Notes: generated by a model from the letters alone, not told the origin. Positions 1-10,839 are shown, counted from the first letter of the stretch. The stretch is DNA of 64,000 nucleotides from an uncultured Candidatus Rokubacteria bacterium (GCA_963708025.1 CAVPSB010000014.1:32001-96000), one strand, 5' to 3'. A program made the numbers and translations.

Positions 1-1
1 G

Positions 2-568
2 CTGCCGGCGGTCTGGATCACCACGCGCTTCCCGTTCGGGCTCTTCGTGTGGAGGGAGCAGGCGGCGTCCGAGGCCGAGGTCCTCGTCTTCCCGGCGATC
101 GATCCGGTTCCGCCGGAGCGCCTCCGTCGCCACGGCGGCCTCGGGCAGATCGCGACCCGCCGCCGGGGGCGCGGCGATGACCTCTACAACCTCCGCCCGT
201 ACCGGGCGGGCGACGATCCGCGGCTGATCCACTGGCGCTCGAGCGCGAAGACCCCGGAGCTGATGGTCCGGGAGCTGGCGGAGGACGCCGCCCGGGACGT
301 CCGGCTGATCCTGACCGGCGATGCCCACCGCGATGCGCCGCGCTTCGAGCGCGCCCTCTCCGAGGTGGCCTCCCTGGCGGTCCACTTCCTGAGAACCGGG
401 GTCGGCGTCGAGCTGCGCGGTCCCGACCTCGACGTGCCACTCGGCCGGGGACGTCATCAGGAGCGTCGGATCCTCACCGCGCTCGCCCTCTACGAGCCGG
501 GGACGGCGCCCGGCGCGGACCGGCCGGCCGCCCGCTCGCTCCGCGAGATCCGCGTCGGGCTCGACTGA
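2..568 (+). CDS. DUF58 domain protein (MoxR/vWA-associated), 5' end outside window
   Basis: Frame open from the window start (TTRFPFGLF); motif LRPYRAGDDPRLIHWRSSAK...LMVRE typical of DUF58; lies upstream of a transglutaminase gene, the usual context. Confidence 0.9.
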   Translation: MPAVWITTRFPFGLFVWREQAASEAEVLVFPAIDPVPPERLRRHGGLGQIATRRRGRGDDLYNLRPYRAGDDPRLIHWRSSAKTPELMVRELAEDAARDVRLILTGDAHRDAPRFERALSEVASLAVHFLRTGVGVELRGPDLDVPLGRGRHQERRILTALALYEPGTAPGADRPAARSLREIRVGLD

Positions 569-609
569 GGCTCCGTGATCCCGCGCGGTAGACGGGCCAA
601 GCAATCGGC

Positions 610-743
610 TTCTCCGGCTCCCCCCTCCCCCCCGCCCCAGGCCGAAGGCCGTCCAACGGTCGGGGGAGGGGGGCCAAGGCCGAAGGCCGTCGGCCAAAGG
701 CCGAAGGCCGTCGAAGGATCGGGTGGGCGGGAGGTCCCCAACT
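610..743 (+). repeat. Dispersed repeat family A, copy 1 (short form with three AGGCCGAAGGCCGTC modules)
   Basis: C-tract/G-tract stem plus terminal GGGTGGGCGGGAGGTCCCCAACT; aligns with the reverse complement of 59245-59315; modules at 639, 677, 698. Confidence 0.9.
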
Positions 744-744
744 A

Positions 745-2820
745 GTGGCGCTCCCGCCCCTCCTCTGGCTCGTCCTCTCCCTCCTCGTCGCCGACGGGCT
801 CGTCGCGCTCTATCTCGCCGAGCTGCTCGGCCCGGCGGGGGTCGCGGTCGTGGCCCTCGGCGTGGCGGGGAGCTGGGTCGCCGGCGCCAGCGCGCGCCCC
901 CCGGTGCGACCCCACTTCACCTGGCTGGTGGTGCCGGCCGGGGCCGCCGCGTCGGCCCTCGACGTCCTCGTGCTGGCGCCCTCGATCCTGGACGGGTTCG
1001 TCCGGTTCCTGCTCTTCATCGTCGTCTACCGGCTCTGGACGCTGCGCTCCGTGCGCGAGACCCGCACGGTGGGCGTCATGGCCTTCCTCATGCTCACCGC
1101 GGCCTCGTCGTCGTTCTTCGGCGTCGGCTTCCTGTTCGTGTTCGTCGTCTTCGTGGTCCTCGCGACCTGGTTGACCATGCTCCAGCAGGTGCTGATCGAC
1201 GCCGAGCCCGCGCCTGGCCGGACCGTGGTCGGGGCGGAGGACGCGCTCGGCGCCGGGCGGGCGCTGCTCGGGCTGGCGGTGGCCGCCTCGGTGGCGATCA
1301 TCGCCATCACCGCGGTCTGGTTCTTCGTCATTCCCCGCGTCATGCTGGCGGCGCTGCCGTTCCGCGCTCGGGTGGGGCCGATGGTCACCGGCTTCTCCGA
1401 TCGCGTCGAGCTGGGGAGCTACGGGGAGATCGAGAGCGACTCGACGGTCATCATGCGCGTCCACATCGCGGACTGGATGCCGGATCCCGACAAGCTGCCG
1501 AACCTCCGCTGGCGCGGCGTGGTCCTGGACCACTTCGACGGCCGGGTCTGGACCATCCGGCAGCCCCGGCGGATCGGGTCCCGGAAGGTCGTCGAGGGGG
1601 ACGTGCCGATCGCCATCCTCCGGGGGACCGGCCGCATCCTGGTGCAGGAGTTCTACCTCGAGCCGCTCGGGACGGACGTCATCTTCGTCGCGCCGCGCCC
1701 GGTCCGGCTCCGGGTGCGCGCGGCCCAGGTCAACCAGGACGACATGGACAGCCTGATGGTCCCGGCGGCCACCGCGCGCCTGAACTACGTGGTCGTCTCC
1801 GAGCTGGACGAAGGGCTGGCCGGCCGACCCTGGATCCGGCCGGCCGCGCCCCTCGACGAGGCGGCCATGGCCCGCTACCTTCAGCTCCCCCCGATCGCCC
1901 CCCGCGTCGCCGCCCTGGCCCGCGACGTCACCGCCGGCAGCCGCGACCCCCAGGACGCGGCGCTCCGGCTGGCCGCGTTCCTCTCCCGCGAGTACCGCTA
2001 CACGCTCGCCCTCGAGCGCCGCACGACGCTCGATCCGGTCGAGGAGTTCCTCTTCGTCCGCCGGTCGGGGAACTGCGAGTACTTCGCCGCCGCCATGGCC
2101 GTCATGCTGCGGAGCCTCGGCATCCCGGCCCGCGTCGTGAACGGCTTCCAGCGGGGAGAGTGGAACCCGTACGGGCGCTACTTCATGGTGCGGCTCGCCG
2201 ACGCCCACTCGTGGGTCGAGGCGCACGTGGGGCGGGCGGGCTGGGTGACGCTCGACCCCTCCCCGCGGCTCCCGGCCGAGGGTGGGGGCGGCCTCGGCAC
2301 GGTGGGCCTGCACCTCGATGCGCTGCGGGTGCGCTGGCACCGCTACGTCATCAACTGGAGTCTGCGCGACCAGCTCGAGACGGCCATGGCGCTCCGGCAC
2401 CAAGCGACCTCCGCGTGGGGGAGGGGAGGCCCGTGGCTGGCCTCGCTGCGCGACGTTCAGCCCGGGCCGGCCGCCCGGGCGGTGGCCGCGGTGGGCGTGC
2501 TGCTGGGGGGGCTGGTCGTCTGGCGGTGGCGGCGCGCCGCGGCTTCCCGTCGGCCCGCGGCCGGGAAGCCGCTCCCTCCGTACTACGCCCGCGCCCTCCG
2601 GAGCCTGGCCCGGGCGGGGCTGGCCCCGGCGTCGGGGGAGACGGCCCGGGAGTTCTGCGCGCGCGTCGCGGGGCGGGCACCGGGGTGCGCGGGCCCGCTC
2701 GAGACGCTGACGGCGGCCTACGAGCGCGGCCGCTTCGGCGCGCGCCCGCTCTCGCCCGGTGACCTGACCGAGCTGAACGCCTGCGTGACCGCGCTCCACC
2801 GGGCCCGCCCCCGCCACTGA
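745..2820 (+). CDS. TgpA-type membrane transglutaminase (DUF3488 + transglutaminase core + DUF4129)
   Basis: N-terminal TM helices; GNCEYFAAAMAVMLRSLGIPARVVNGF, AHSWVE and GWVTLDP catalytic Cys/His/Asp motifs; C-terminal ETAREF..YERGRFG. Confidence 0.92.
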   Translation: MALPPLLWLVLSLLVADGLVALYLAELLGPAGVAVVALGVAGSWVAGASARPPVRPHFTWLVVPAGAAASALDVLVLAPSILDGFVRFLLFIVVYRLWTLRSVRETRTVGVMAFLMLTAASSSFFGVGFLFVFVVFVVLATWLTMLQQVLIDAEPAPGRTVVGAEDALGAGRALLGLAVAASVAIIAITAVWFFVIPRVMLAALPFRARVGPMVTGFSDRVELGSYGEIESDSTVIMRVHIADWMPDPDKLPNLRWRGVVLDHFDGRVWTIRQPRRIGSRKVVEGDVPIAILRGTGRILVQEFYLEPLGTDVIFVAPRPVRLRVRAAQVNQDDMDSLMVPAATARLNYVVVSELDEGLAGRPWIRPAAPLDEAAMARYLQLPPIAPRVAALARDVTAGSRDPQDAALRLAAFLSREYRYTLALERRTTLDPVEEFLFVRRSGNCEYFAAAMAVMLRSLGIPARVVNGFQRGEWNPYGRYFMVRLADAHSWVEAHVGRAGWVTLDPSPRLPAEGGGGLGTVGLHLDALRVRWHRYVINWSLRDQLETAMALRHQATSAWGRGGPWLASLRDVQPGPAARAVAAVGVLLGGLVVWRWRRAAASRRPAAGKPLPPYYARALRSLARAGLAPASGETAREFCARVAGRAPGCAGPLETLTAAYERGRFGARPLSPGDLTELNACVTALHRARPRH

Positions 2821-2849
2821 AGAGCGTGTGAAGCCACCGGTGCGTCCGA

Positions 2850-3034
2850 CCCCCCCCTCCCCCCAGTGCCTGCCGGAGGGACGGGACGTCGCCCACAGGC
2901 CGAAGGCCGTCCGATCGGCCGGAGGCCCGAGCCGTCCCCCCCAGGCCGAAGGCCGTCCGATCGATCCGGACAAACGGGAGGGGGGCCAAAGGCCGAAGGC
3001 CGTCGAAGGATCGGGTGGGCGGGAGGTTTCAAGA
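2850..3034 (+). repeat. Dispersed repeat family A, copy 2 (long form with three AGGCCGAAGGCCGTC modules)
   Basis: Aligns with the reverse complement of 36832-36952 apart from three insertions (modules at 2897, 2943, 2990); 2985-3027 identical to 693-735. Confidence 0.9.
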
Positions 3035-3061
3035 ATCAGCCCGTACCTGGTGCCGGCCGCC

Positions 3062-4204
3062 ATGTTCTGCGACAGCTTCGCCTGGTCGTTCGTCTTCATC
3101 AGCCTGCCGTTCTACATTCAGGTCCTCTCGACCGCCGACGGCGCCGCCACGCTCCGCTGGACCGGGTGGATCGTCGGGATCACCTCGCTGGTGTCCGTGC
3201 TGACCAACCCGGTGTGGGGTCGCCTGGCCAGCCGGGGCGACCCCAAGGTCTGCTACGTGCTGGTCGAGGCGCTCCAGGGCATCGGTTTCTTCGGGCTCGC
3301 CCTCGCCCGGACGCTGCTCGAGCTCTTCCTGGCGCGCTTCGTCCTCGGCTTCATGGGGTCGAGCTCCACCTTCGCCTTCATGGCGGCGGGACGATCCGGG
3401 GACGCCGCCGAGGTCCGCCGCCAGGTCGCCTGGGTGCAGGCGGCCATGATGGTCGGCGGAGTGATCGGCCCCCTTGCCGGCGCCGTGGCCGCCACCCGCT
3501 TCGGCTTCCGGGCGTCGTTCGTCATCGGGGGGCTCGTCCTGCTCGGCTCGTCCGGCCTCGTGTACGTCTTCGTGTCGATCCCGCCCGCGCCCGACGGCTC
3601 GCGCGCGGACGGGCGGCAGCTTCGCGCGCGCGACGTCGTCGTCGCCACCGCCATCGTCCTGGCCGGGTCCATTCACCTGTTCTTCCTCGCGCCCGTGCTG
3701 CCCCAGGTCCTGGCCAGTCTCGGCGTGGCCGCGGCCGACACCATCGAGGCGGGCGGGATCCTGATCTTCGCGTCGTCGGTGGCCGCCGCCCTCGGCTCGC
3801 TGGGCGCCCCCCACCTCGGCCGTCTCGCCAGCGAGCGGCGGCTCGTCGCGGCCCTCCTGGTCGGGTCCTCGGCCCTGCTGGCCGGCCTCGGGGCCGTCGG
3901 CTCGGTGTGGGCCTACACCGCCGTCCGGTTCCTGCAGGTGCTCTGCATCGCCCCGGTGTTCCCGCTGGTCGTGGCGCGGGTCGCCCAGCACGCCGGCGGC
4001 GACGTCATCGGGATCGTCAACTCGGCGCGCATCGCCGCCTCGTTCGTGGGGCCGGTGGTCGTCACCTCCGTCCTCGCGGTGGCGTCGCCGGCGGTGGTCT
4101 ACGCCCTGCTGGCCGTCATCGGGGTGGCCTGCCTCCCGCTGGTCGCCCTGCGCGGGCCAGCGGATCGGGGCCGGGGCGCGGAGGGAGCCGGGGCCGGGAC
4201 GTAG
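3062..4204 (+). CDS. MFS transporter (start uncertain: 2828, 3035 or 3062)
   Basis: About 12 hydrophobic segments; PVWGRLASRG motif-A-like loop; ARFVLG; VIGPLAG. Confidence 0.85.
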   Translation: MFCDSFAWSFVFISLPFYIQVLSTADGAATLRWTGWIVGITSLVSVLTNPVWGRLASRGDPKVCYVLVEALQGIGFFGLALARTLLELFLARFVLGFMGSSSTFAFMAAGRSGDAAEVRRQVAWVQAAMMVGGVIGPLAGAVAATRFGFRASFVIGGLVLLGSSGLVYVFVSIPPAPDGSRADGRQLRARDVVVATAIVLAGSIHLFFLAPVLPQVLASLGVAAADTIEAGGILIFASSVAAALGSLGAPHLGRLASERRLVAALLVGSSALLAGLGAVGSVWAYTAVRFLQVLCIAPVFPLVVARVAQHAGGDVIGIVNSARIAASFVGPVVVTSVLAVASPAVVYALLAVIGVACLPLVALRGPADRGRGAEGAGAGT

Positions 4205-4242
4205 CCCGGGGTCGGGACCTGGCCTCGCCCGCGCGGGCGCGG

Positions 4243-4698
4243 CTACAGGTGACGGCGGATCGCGGCGATCGTCGCGGCCGCCTCTTCCGGCGTCGGCGCC
4301 AGCGGAGGCCGCGCGCGCTCCCAGACGGGCCGCAGCGGGTCGGGATCGTCCGGGTAGCGTGGGAAGACGTGCCAGTGGAGGTGCGGCACGGCGTTCCCGA
4401 GAAGCTCGTAGTTGAGCTTGCGCGGCTGGAAGGCCGCCGCCATCGCCCGCGCCACCCGGAGCATGTCCTGGAAGTACTGTGTGCTCTCGGGCTCGGGCAG
4501 GTGAAACAGCTCCGTCGCGTGCCGCCGGGCGACCACCAGGGTGTAGCCCCGATACGTCTGGTCGAAGCCGAGCAGCGCGACCGAGGCCGGAAGATCGGCG
4601 ATCTTCCGCACCAGCTCGCCCTCGGTCGGGTGCACGCACGTCTCGGCGTCGCGGAGTGCCGCCACCACCTGGCAGAAGGGACAGCCCGCTTCACTCAT
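4243..4698 (-). CDS. HIT family hydrolase
   Basis: CPFC at the N-terminus; VPHLHWHVFPRY histidine triad. Confidence 0.92.
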   Translation of the reverse strand: MSEAGCPFCQVVAALRDAETCVHPTEGELVRKIADLPASVALLGFDQTYRGYTLVVARRHATELFHLPEPESTQYFQDMLRVARAMAAAFQPRKLNYELLGNAVPHLHWHVFPRYPDDPDPLRPVWERARPPLAPTPEEAAATIAAIRRHL

Positions 4699-5117
4699 GC
4701 CGACATTGTAGCGGTTTCGGGGGAGCGGGCCGCCGTCCTCTGACCCGATCGCCGGTCCGGGGCAACCCCGGGCTCGGCCGGCGCGGCCCTTGCTGCGCGG
4801 GGCCTCATCGTCTATTCTTACGCTCTGCCGTCGGCGACCCGCGCATTCCGGCGCACCAGCTGGCGGCGATGCCTCGGTCGTGTGCCGCCCCGGGAGCTGT
4901 CGGCGCCCACCCGGGCGCGGCCGTGGGAGCGGTGGGCGCCTGGCCCTGCGGTCGCTCCGGGGAGGGTAGGCGTGGCTGGATTGCGCCTCCGGACATCCCT
5001 TCGGGCTCCTGCGTGCGGCACGGTCGGTTGCCGTGGCGATCCGCGGTCGAGGATCACCGCGGGCGGCGCCGCCCCGCCTCTCACCCGCCTCGTCCGCGCG
5101 GCGTCGCCGGCCATCGC

Positions 5118-7352
5118 GTGAGACGCCTCGTTCCCGCGCTGCTCCTCGGCGTCTTGACCGCCACCGCCGGCGGACTGGCGACCCTCGTTCCGCTGGCGGC
5201 CCGGCTCGAAGAGAACTTGGGACTCGACCTCCTGTTCACGCTCCGGGGCTCCCGGCCGCCGCCGGCGGAGGTCGTGATCGTGAGCATCGACAAGCAGTCG
5301 GCCGACGAGCTGGGAGTTCCGCGGGACTCCGCGAAGTGGCCGCGCACGCTCCACGCCCGCCTCCTCGACACGCTGTCTCGCCAGGGGGCGGCCATGGTCG
5401 CGTTCGACATCGTGTTCGATCAGCCGGGCGTCCCGGACGACGACCGGCGCCTGGCGGAAGCGCTCGCGCGCGGGCGCAACGTGGTCCTGGGCCAGTACCT
5501 GACCCGGGAGACGGTCCCCATGCCCGGGACTCCCGGCGGCCACCTCATCGTCGAGCGCGCCGTCCCGCCCGTGGCCCTCCTCGACGACGCCGCGCTGGCC
5601 GTCGCGCCGTTTCCCTTGCCCAAGACCCCGGTGCGGGTCAGCCAGTACTGGACGTTCAAGACGAGCGCCGGTGACCTGCCAACCCTCCCGGTGGTGGCCT
5701 TCCAGGTCTTCACCCTGGACGCCTACGACCGCTTCGTCCGGCTCTTCGAGGAGGTGAGCCCCTATCACGCGGAACGCCTGCCGCGCGATCGAGCGGCCGT
5801 CGTCGCCGCCGGACACGCCGAACGGCTCGTCCGTCTGGTCCGGGACATCCTGCAGCACGAGGCGCCGACGATCGACCGGATGCGCGAGCGGCTGCGGTCG
5901 GAGCCGGCGGGCGCGCCCGGGACGAGGCGGCCCGGGCGTCGTCTGCTCGCCCTGCTCGAGATGTACCGGGCGCCGCCGAGCCAGTACCTGAACTTCTACG
6001 GCCCGCCCCGGACCATCACGACGCTGCCGTACCATCGGGTCCTCCAGGCCGACCCTCCCGCCGCCGACCTGCGCGGGAAGGCGGTGTTCGTGGGCCTGTC
6101 CGAGAACCTGCGTCTCGACCAGAAGGACGGCTTCTACACCGTCTTCTCGGAGCCGACCGGCTACGATCTCAGCGGGGTGGAGATCGCGGCCACGGCGTTC
6201 GCGAACCTCCTCGAGATGATGCCGGTCCACCCCCTCGCCCCCGCGTGGCAGCTCGCGACCCCGGTCCTCTGGGGGCTCGTCGTCGGGCTGCTCACGGGGC
6301 TGCTGGCGCCGGCCGTGGCCGCGGCCAGCCTGGTCGCCGCCGGCTGCCTCTACCTGCTCGCCGCCCTGCGGGCCTTCAAGACCGAGGCCGTCTGGTGTCC
6401 GGTGGTCGTGCCGCTGCTCTTCCAGCCGCCCCTCGCCTTCGTCGGGGCGGTCCTGTGGCGATACCGCCGGACGTTCCGCGAGCGCGAGAACGTCCGCCGG
6501 GCGCTGGGCTTCTACGTGCCGGCCCAGGTGGCGGACCAGGTGGCCAGGACCGTCGGCAACGTGCGGGAGAGCGGCGACCTCGCGTACGGGACCTGCCTGT
6601 CCACCGACGCCCACCGCTACACGGCGCTCGCCGAGACCATGGACCCCAAGGAGCTGGCGGCGTTCATGAACGAGTACTACGCCGTCATCTTCGGGCCGGT
6701 GAAGCGTCACGGCGGGATCGTGTCGGACGTCGTCGGGGACTCCATGCTGGCGATCTGGGCGACGGCGGAGCCGGACGCCGGGCTCCGCGGCCAGGCGTGC
6801 CGCGCCGCGCTCGACATCGCGAGCGCCACCGATCAGTTCAACCTGCGATCGGGCGCCCGGCGGCTGCCGACGCGCGTCGGCCTGCACTCCGGCCCGATGG
6901 TGCTCGGCAACATCGGGGCCATGGACCACTTCGAGTACCGGGCGGTCGGCGACATCGTCAACACCGCGACGCGGCTGGAAGGACTCAACAAGCAGCTCGA
7001 GACCCGCGTCCTGGCCAGCGACGACGTGCTCCGAGGCGTCGACGGGTTCCTCACCCGGGAGCTCGGGACGTTCCTGCTCGCCGGCAAGACCCGGCCGCTC
7101 CTGGTCCACGAGCTGCTGGGCCGGGAGGCCGACGCCGACGCCGGGCAGCGGGACCGGTGCGCCACGTTCGCCGCCGGGCTCGCGGCTTTCCGGGAGCGGC
7201 GGTGGAAGGAGGCGATCCAGTGCTTCGACGAGTGTGTCCGGGCCGACGAGAATGACGGGCCGTCACGCTTCTACGGCCGGCGGTGTGACCAGCTCGCCGC
7301 CAGCCCACCGGAGGGGATCTGGGATGGCGTCATCCAGATCGACTGGAAGTAA
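5118..7352 (+). CDS. CHASE2-domain class III adenylate/guanylate cyclase with C-terminal TPR
   Basis: VVIVSIDK, WPRTLHARLL, AFDIVF and SGVEIAATAFAN CHASE2 motifs; 3 TM helices; GDSMLAIW, GLHSG and GDIVNTATRLEGLNK cyclase motifs; C-terminal WDGVIQIDWK; start inferred at GTG 5118. Confidence 0.92.
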   Translation: MRRLVPALLLGVLTATAGGLATLVPLAARLEENLGLDLLFTLRGSRPPPAEVVIVSIDKQSADELGVPRDSAKWPRTLHARLLDTLSRQGAAMVAFDIVFDQPGVPDDDRRLAEALARGRNVVLGQYLTRETVPMPGTPGGHLIVERAVPPVALLDDAALAVAPFPLPKTPVRVSQYWTFKTSAGDLPTLPVVAFQVFTLDAYDRFVRLFEEVSPYHAERLPRDRAAVVAAGHAERLVRLVRDILQHEAPTIDRMRERLRSEPAGAPGTRRPGRRLLALLEMYRAPPSQYLNFYGPPRTITTLPYHRVLQADPPAADLRGKAVFVGLSENLRLDQKDGFYTVFSEPTGYDLSGVEIAATAFANLLEMMPVHPLAPAWQLATPVLWGLVVGLLTGLLAPAVAAASLVAAGCLYLLAALRAFKTEAVWCPVVVPLLFQPPLAFVGAVLWRYRRTFRERENVRRALGFYVPAQVADQVARTVGNVRESGDLAYGTCLSTDAHRYTALAETMDPKELAAFMNEYYAVIFGPVKRHGGIVSDVVGDSMLAIWATAEPDAGLRGQACRAALDIASATDQFNLRSGARRLPTRVGLHSGPMVLGNIGAMDHFEYRAVGDIVNTATRLEGLNKQLETRVLASDDVLRGVDGFLTRELGTFLLAGKTRPLLVHELLGREADADAGQRDRCATFAAGLAAFRERRWKEAIQCFDECVRADENDGPSRFYGRRCDQLAASPPEGIWDGVIQIDWK

Positions 7353-10300
7353 CCCGCGCCGCTCGACCAGGGTCCACCTCGCGGCCGCCGCGGTCGTCCT
7401 CGGCCTCCTGGGAGCGACTCCGCTTCCCGCCCCGGCGGCCCTGGCCACCTGCGCGGACTGGATCGCCGCCGTGGTCTCGGTGCAGGGCGACGTCCAGGCC
7501 CGGCGGGTCGGGGAAGCCCAGTGGGTGCGCCTCCGGCTCGACGACACCTACTGCGTGGGGGACATGGTCCGGGTGGACGCCCGGAGCCGGGCGGCCATCC
7601 GGCTGCGGAACGGCAGCGTGCTCCGTCTCGACCAGAACACGACGATCACCTTCTACGCCCCGCCGGCACCGGAGACGTCGTGGATCGGCCTCCTGCGCGG
7701 GGCCGTGCACTTCGTGAGCCGGGTGGCCCGGAGCCTCAACGTCCTCACGCCCGTTCGTGAACGCCGCGGTGGAGGGCACGGAGTTCTGGATCGAGGTCGG
7801 AGCCGATCAGGCCCTGCTGGCGGTGATCGAGGGCCGGGTGGCCGCGTCGAACCCGGCCGGAACCCTGACGCTGGTCGCCGGGCAATCGGCGATTGCCCGG
7901 GCCGGACAGGCACCGAGCCTCGCGACGGTGGCGGTCCGTCCCCCGGACGCGGTCCAGTGGGCGCTCTACTACCCGCCCGTCCTCGACCTGCGGCCGGCCG
8001 ACTTCCCCGACCGGCCCGGCGAGAGCCTGGCCGGCGCTGGTGCGGAGCTCCCTGGAGGCGTACGCCGCCGGGGACCTGGCGGAGGCCTTCGCGCGCCTCG
8101 CGGGGGTGCCGCCCGATGTCACGGATCCCAGGTTCTTCGTCTACCGGGCCGGCTTGCTGCTCGCCGTCGGCCGCGTCGACGAGGCGACCCCCGACATCGA
8201 CCGGGCCCTCGCGCTGGACCCGACCAGCAGCCGGGCGCTCGCCCTCGGCGCGGTGATCGCCGTCGTCCGCAACGACAAACCGACGGCACTCCGGCTCGCC
8301 CGACGCGCCGTCGAGCTGGACCCCCGGTCTGCTGCCGCCGCCCTCGCGCTTTCCTACGCGGAGCAGGCGAGCTTCGACCTGCCCGCCGCGCTGGCGAGCG
8401 CCCAGCAGGCCGTCCAGGCTCAGCCCGAGAGCAGCCTGGCCCGCGCCCGGCTCGCCGAGCTGTGGCTGGCCTCCGGCGAGCTGGACCGCGCGCTCGAGAG
8501 CGCGACAGAGGCCGTCGGCAAGGATCCGCGCAACGCGCGGGCCCAGACCGTGCTCGGCTTCGCGGCGCTCACGCAGATCGACTCCGCCAGGCCGCCGAGG
8601 CCTTCGAGCGCGCCATCGAGCTCGACCCGGCCGCGCCCCTGCCGCGGCTCGGGCTCGGCCTGACCCGGATCCGCGGCGGTGATCTGGAGGAAGGCCAGCG
8701 CCAGCTCGAGATCGCCGTCAGCCTCGACCCCGCCGACTCGCTCCTGCGCAGCTATCTCGGCAAGGTCTACTACGAGCGACGCGAGAGTCGGTCCTCGCGG
8801 CCGACCAGTTCAAGCTCGCTCAGGACCTGGACCGCCAGGATCCGACCCCCTGGCTCTACGACGCCATCCGGCTCCAGAGCGTCAACCGGCCAGTGGAAGG
8901 CGCTCGGCGGCGTTGCAGCGCTCCATCGAGCTGAACGACAACCGCGCAGTCTATCGGTCCCGCTTCCTGCTGGACCAGGACGAGGCTGCCCGCAGCGCCA
9001 GCCTGGCGCGCATCTACGACGATCTCGGTTTCCAGCAGCGCGCGCTCGTCGAGGGCTGGATCTCCGTGAACGCGGATCCCGCGAGCGACTCGGCGCACCG
9101 GTTCCTGGCCGACGCCTATTCGGTTCTGCCACGCCACGACACGGCGCGCGTGAGCGAGCTGCTGCAGTCCCAGCTCCTCCAGCCGATCAACGTGCTGCCG
9201 ATCCAGCCGCAGCTCGGGCTCAGCAACTCGTTCATCCTCGCTCGCGCCGGGACCCGCGGACCCGGGATTCGGTGAGTGGAACTCACTGTTCGCTCGAAAC
9301 GGCGTTCATCTCCTGGCCAGCGGCCTGGTGGGGGGCAACGGCACCTACGGGGACCAGGTGGTCGTCACGGGGATCTGGGACCGCCTGTCGGTCAGCGTGG
9401 GCCAGCTCCACTACGAGACCGACGGGTTCCGCCCCAACAACGACCTCGAGGAGAACGTCTACCAGGTCTTCGCTCAGCTGCAGCTGTCGGCCAGCACGAG
9501 CGTCCAGGCCGAGTACCGGCATCAGCGAACGCGAGGTGGGCGATCTCCCGCTCCGATTCGACCCCCAAAACTTCGAGCTGGACCTCAGGGACGACCTCCG
9601 CACGGACTCCGTACGCCTCGGTCTCCGTCACGCTGTGAGCCCCGCCTCCCTGTTCGTCGGGTCGTTCATATACGAAGACCTTCGCTTGACGTCCGAGATC
9701 TTTGGCACCAGCTCCCGGACGGATCGCACCGCGTACAATCCAGAGCTGCAATATCTTTTCCGAGGGAGGCGCTTCAGTGCGGTGAGCGGCGCCGCGTATT
9801 TCGGATCGGAGGTCACCAGCGGCTCCGGCAGTTCCAGGACCGACTTCGCCAACATGTACATTTACACCTATCTCCGTCTCCTGCCCCACACGACCCTCAC
9901 CGTCGGAGCAAGCGTGGACACGCTGTCGAGCCCAGTGGACGACGACACCGAGGTCAACCCGAAGCTGGGTATCGTATGGAATCCGGTTCCTTCCACAACG
10001 GTGCGCGCCGCCCTCTTCAGGACTCTGCAACGCCCCTTGATCTCCGGCCAATCGATCGAGCCGACGCAAGTGGCGGGATTCAACCAACTATTCGACGACG
10101 CGGGCGTCGGGACCGACACGTGGCGGTACGGTGTCGCCGTCAACCAGCGGTTGCCCCGAAACATGTACATCGGCGCCGAATTTGCGCACCGGGAGCTCGA
10201 CATCTCGTTTGTAGGCATCGATCTCGACACGGGAATCACAAAGCCAGACCGGGTGACGTGGACGGAAAGCCTGGCTCGCGCATACTTCTACTGGGCGCCA

Positions 10301-10699
10301 ACCGATTGGCTCGCTCTCAGCGCCGAGTACCAGTACGAACGTCTGAAGCGGTCCGCGGAGTTTCCTGGCGCCGCCGAAGTCGTCGAGAGTGACACGCATC
10401 GAGTCCCCCTCGGCCTCTCCGTCTTCACGCCCGGGGGATTCACCGCGCGCGTGCGCGGCACGTACGTGAACCAAGACGGAGTGTTCGGGGATTTTTCGCG
10501 AGGGACCGTCGAAGGAGGCGACCAATTCTGGATCCTGGACGCATCCATTTCCTACCGCCTACCGAGGCGCTGGGGACTCATCACGTTGGAGGGAAGAAAC
10601 CTGCTGGACCAGCGGTTCCGCTACAACGACTCGGACTTCGGAAACCCGACCTTCTACCCAGAACGTCTCGTCCTGCTGCGGCTGACACTGGCTTTCTGA
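7324..10699 (+). CDS. FecR-domain / TPR / TonB-dependent-receptor-like beta-barrel outer-membrane protein (about 6-7 frameshifts in this sequence)
   Basis: Pieces across ORFs 7234, 7757, 7893, 8679 and 9328: signal peptide, FecR (VLRLDQNT, NAAVEGTEF), QWALYYPP, TPR repeats, LNDNRAVYRSR, barrel with NPKLG, LEGRNLLD and terminal Phe. Confidence 0.85.
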
Positions 10700-10839
10700 C
10701 GCGCTGACCTCAACGGGAGAGGAGGTGTCGGTCGGCGTACTGGCCGTGCGCGAGATCTGCTGCGAGAGCCGGGACGGCTCGCACGGCACAAGAGAGCGAC
10801 CAGTCCATCAACGACCGGTACCAGAGAGGAGAGCAGCAA

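Noticed and set aside
639-712. AGGCCGAAGGCCGTC repeats as a mini CRISPR array
   Set aside because: The repeat is only 15 nt, spacing is irregular (6-31 nt), the spacers are parts of a dispersed repeat, and there are no cas genes
7324-10699. Frameshifts as true pseudogenisation or programmed frameshifting
   Set aside because: Similar single-base shifts affect many unrelated genes (near 19200, 22740, 33600-34200, 47360, 57305, 60030, 60755) with no in-frame decay; uncorrected long-read indels are more likely
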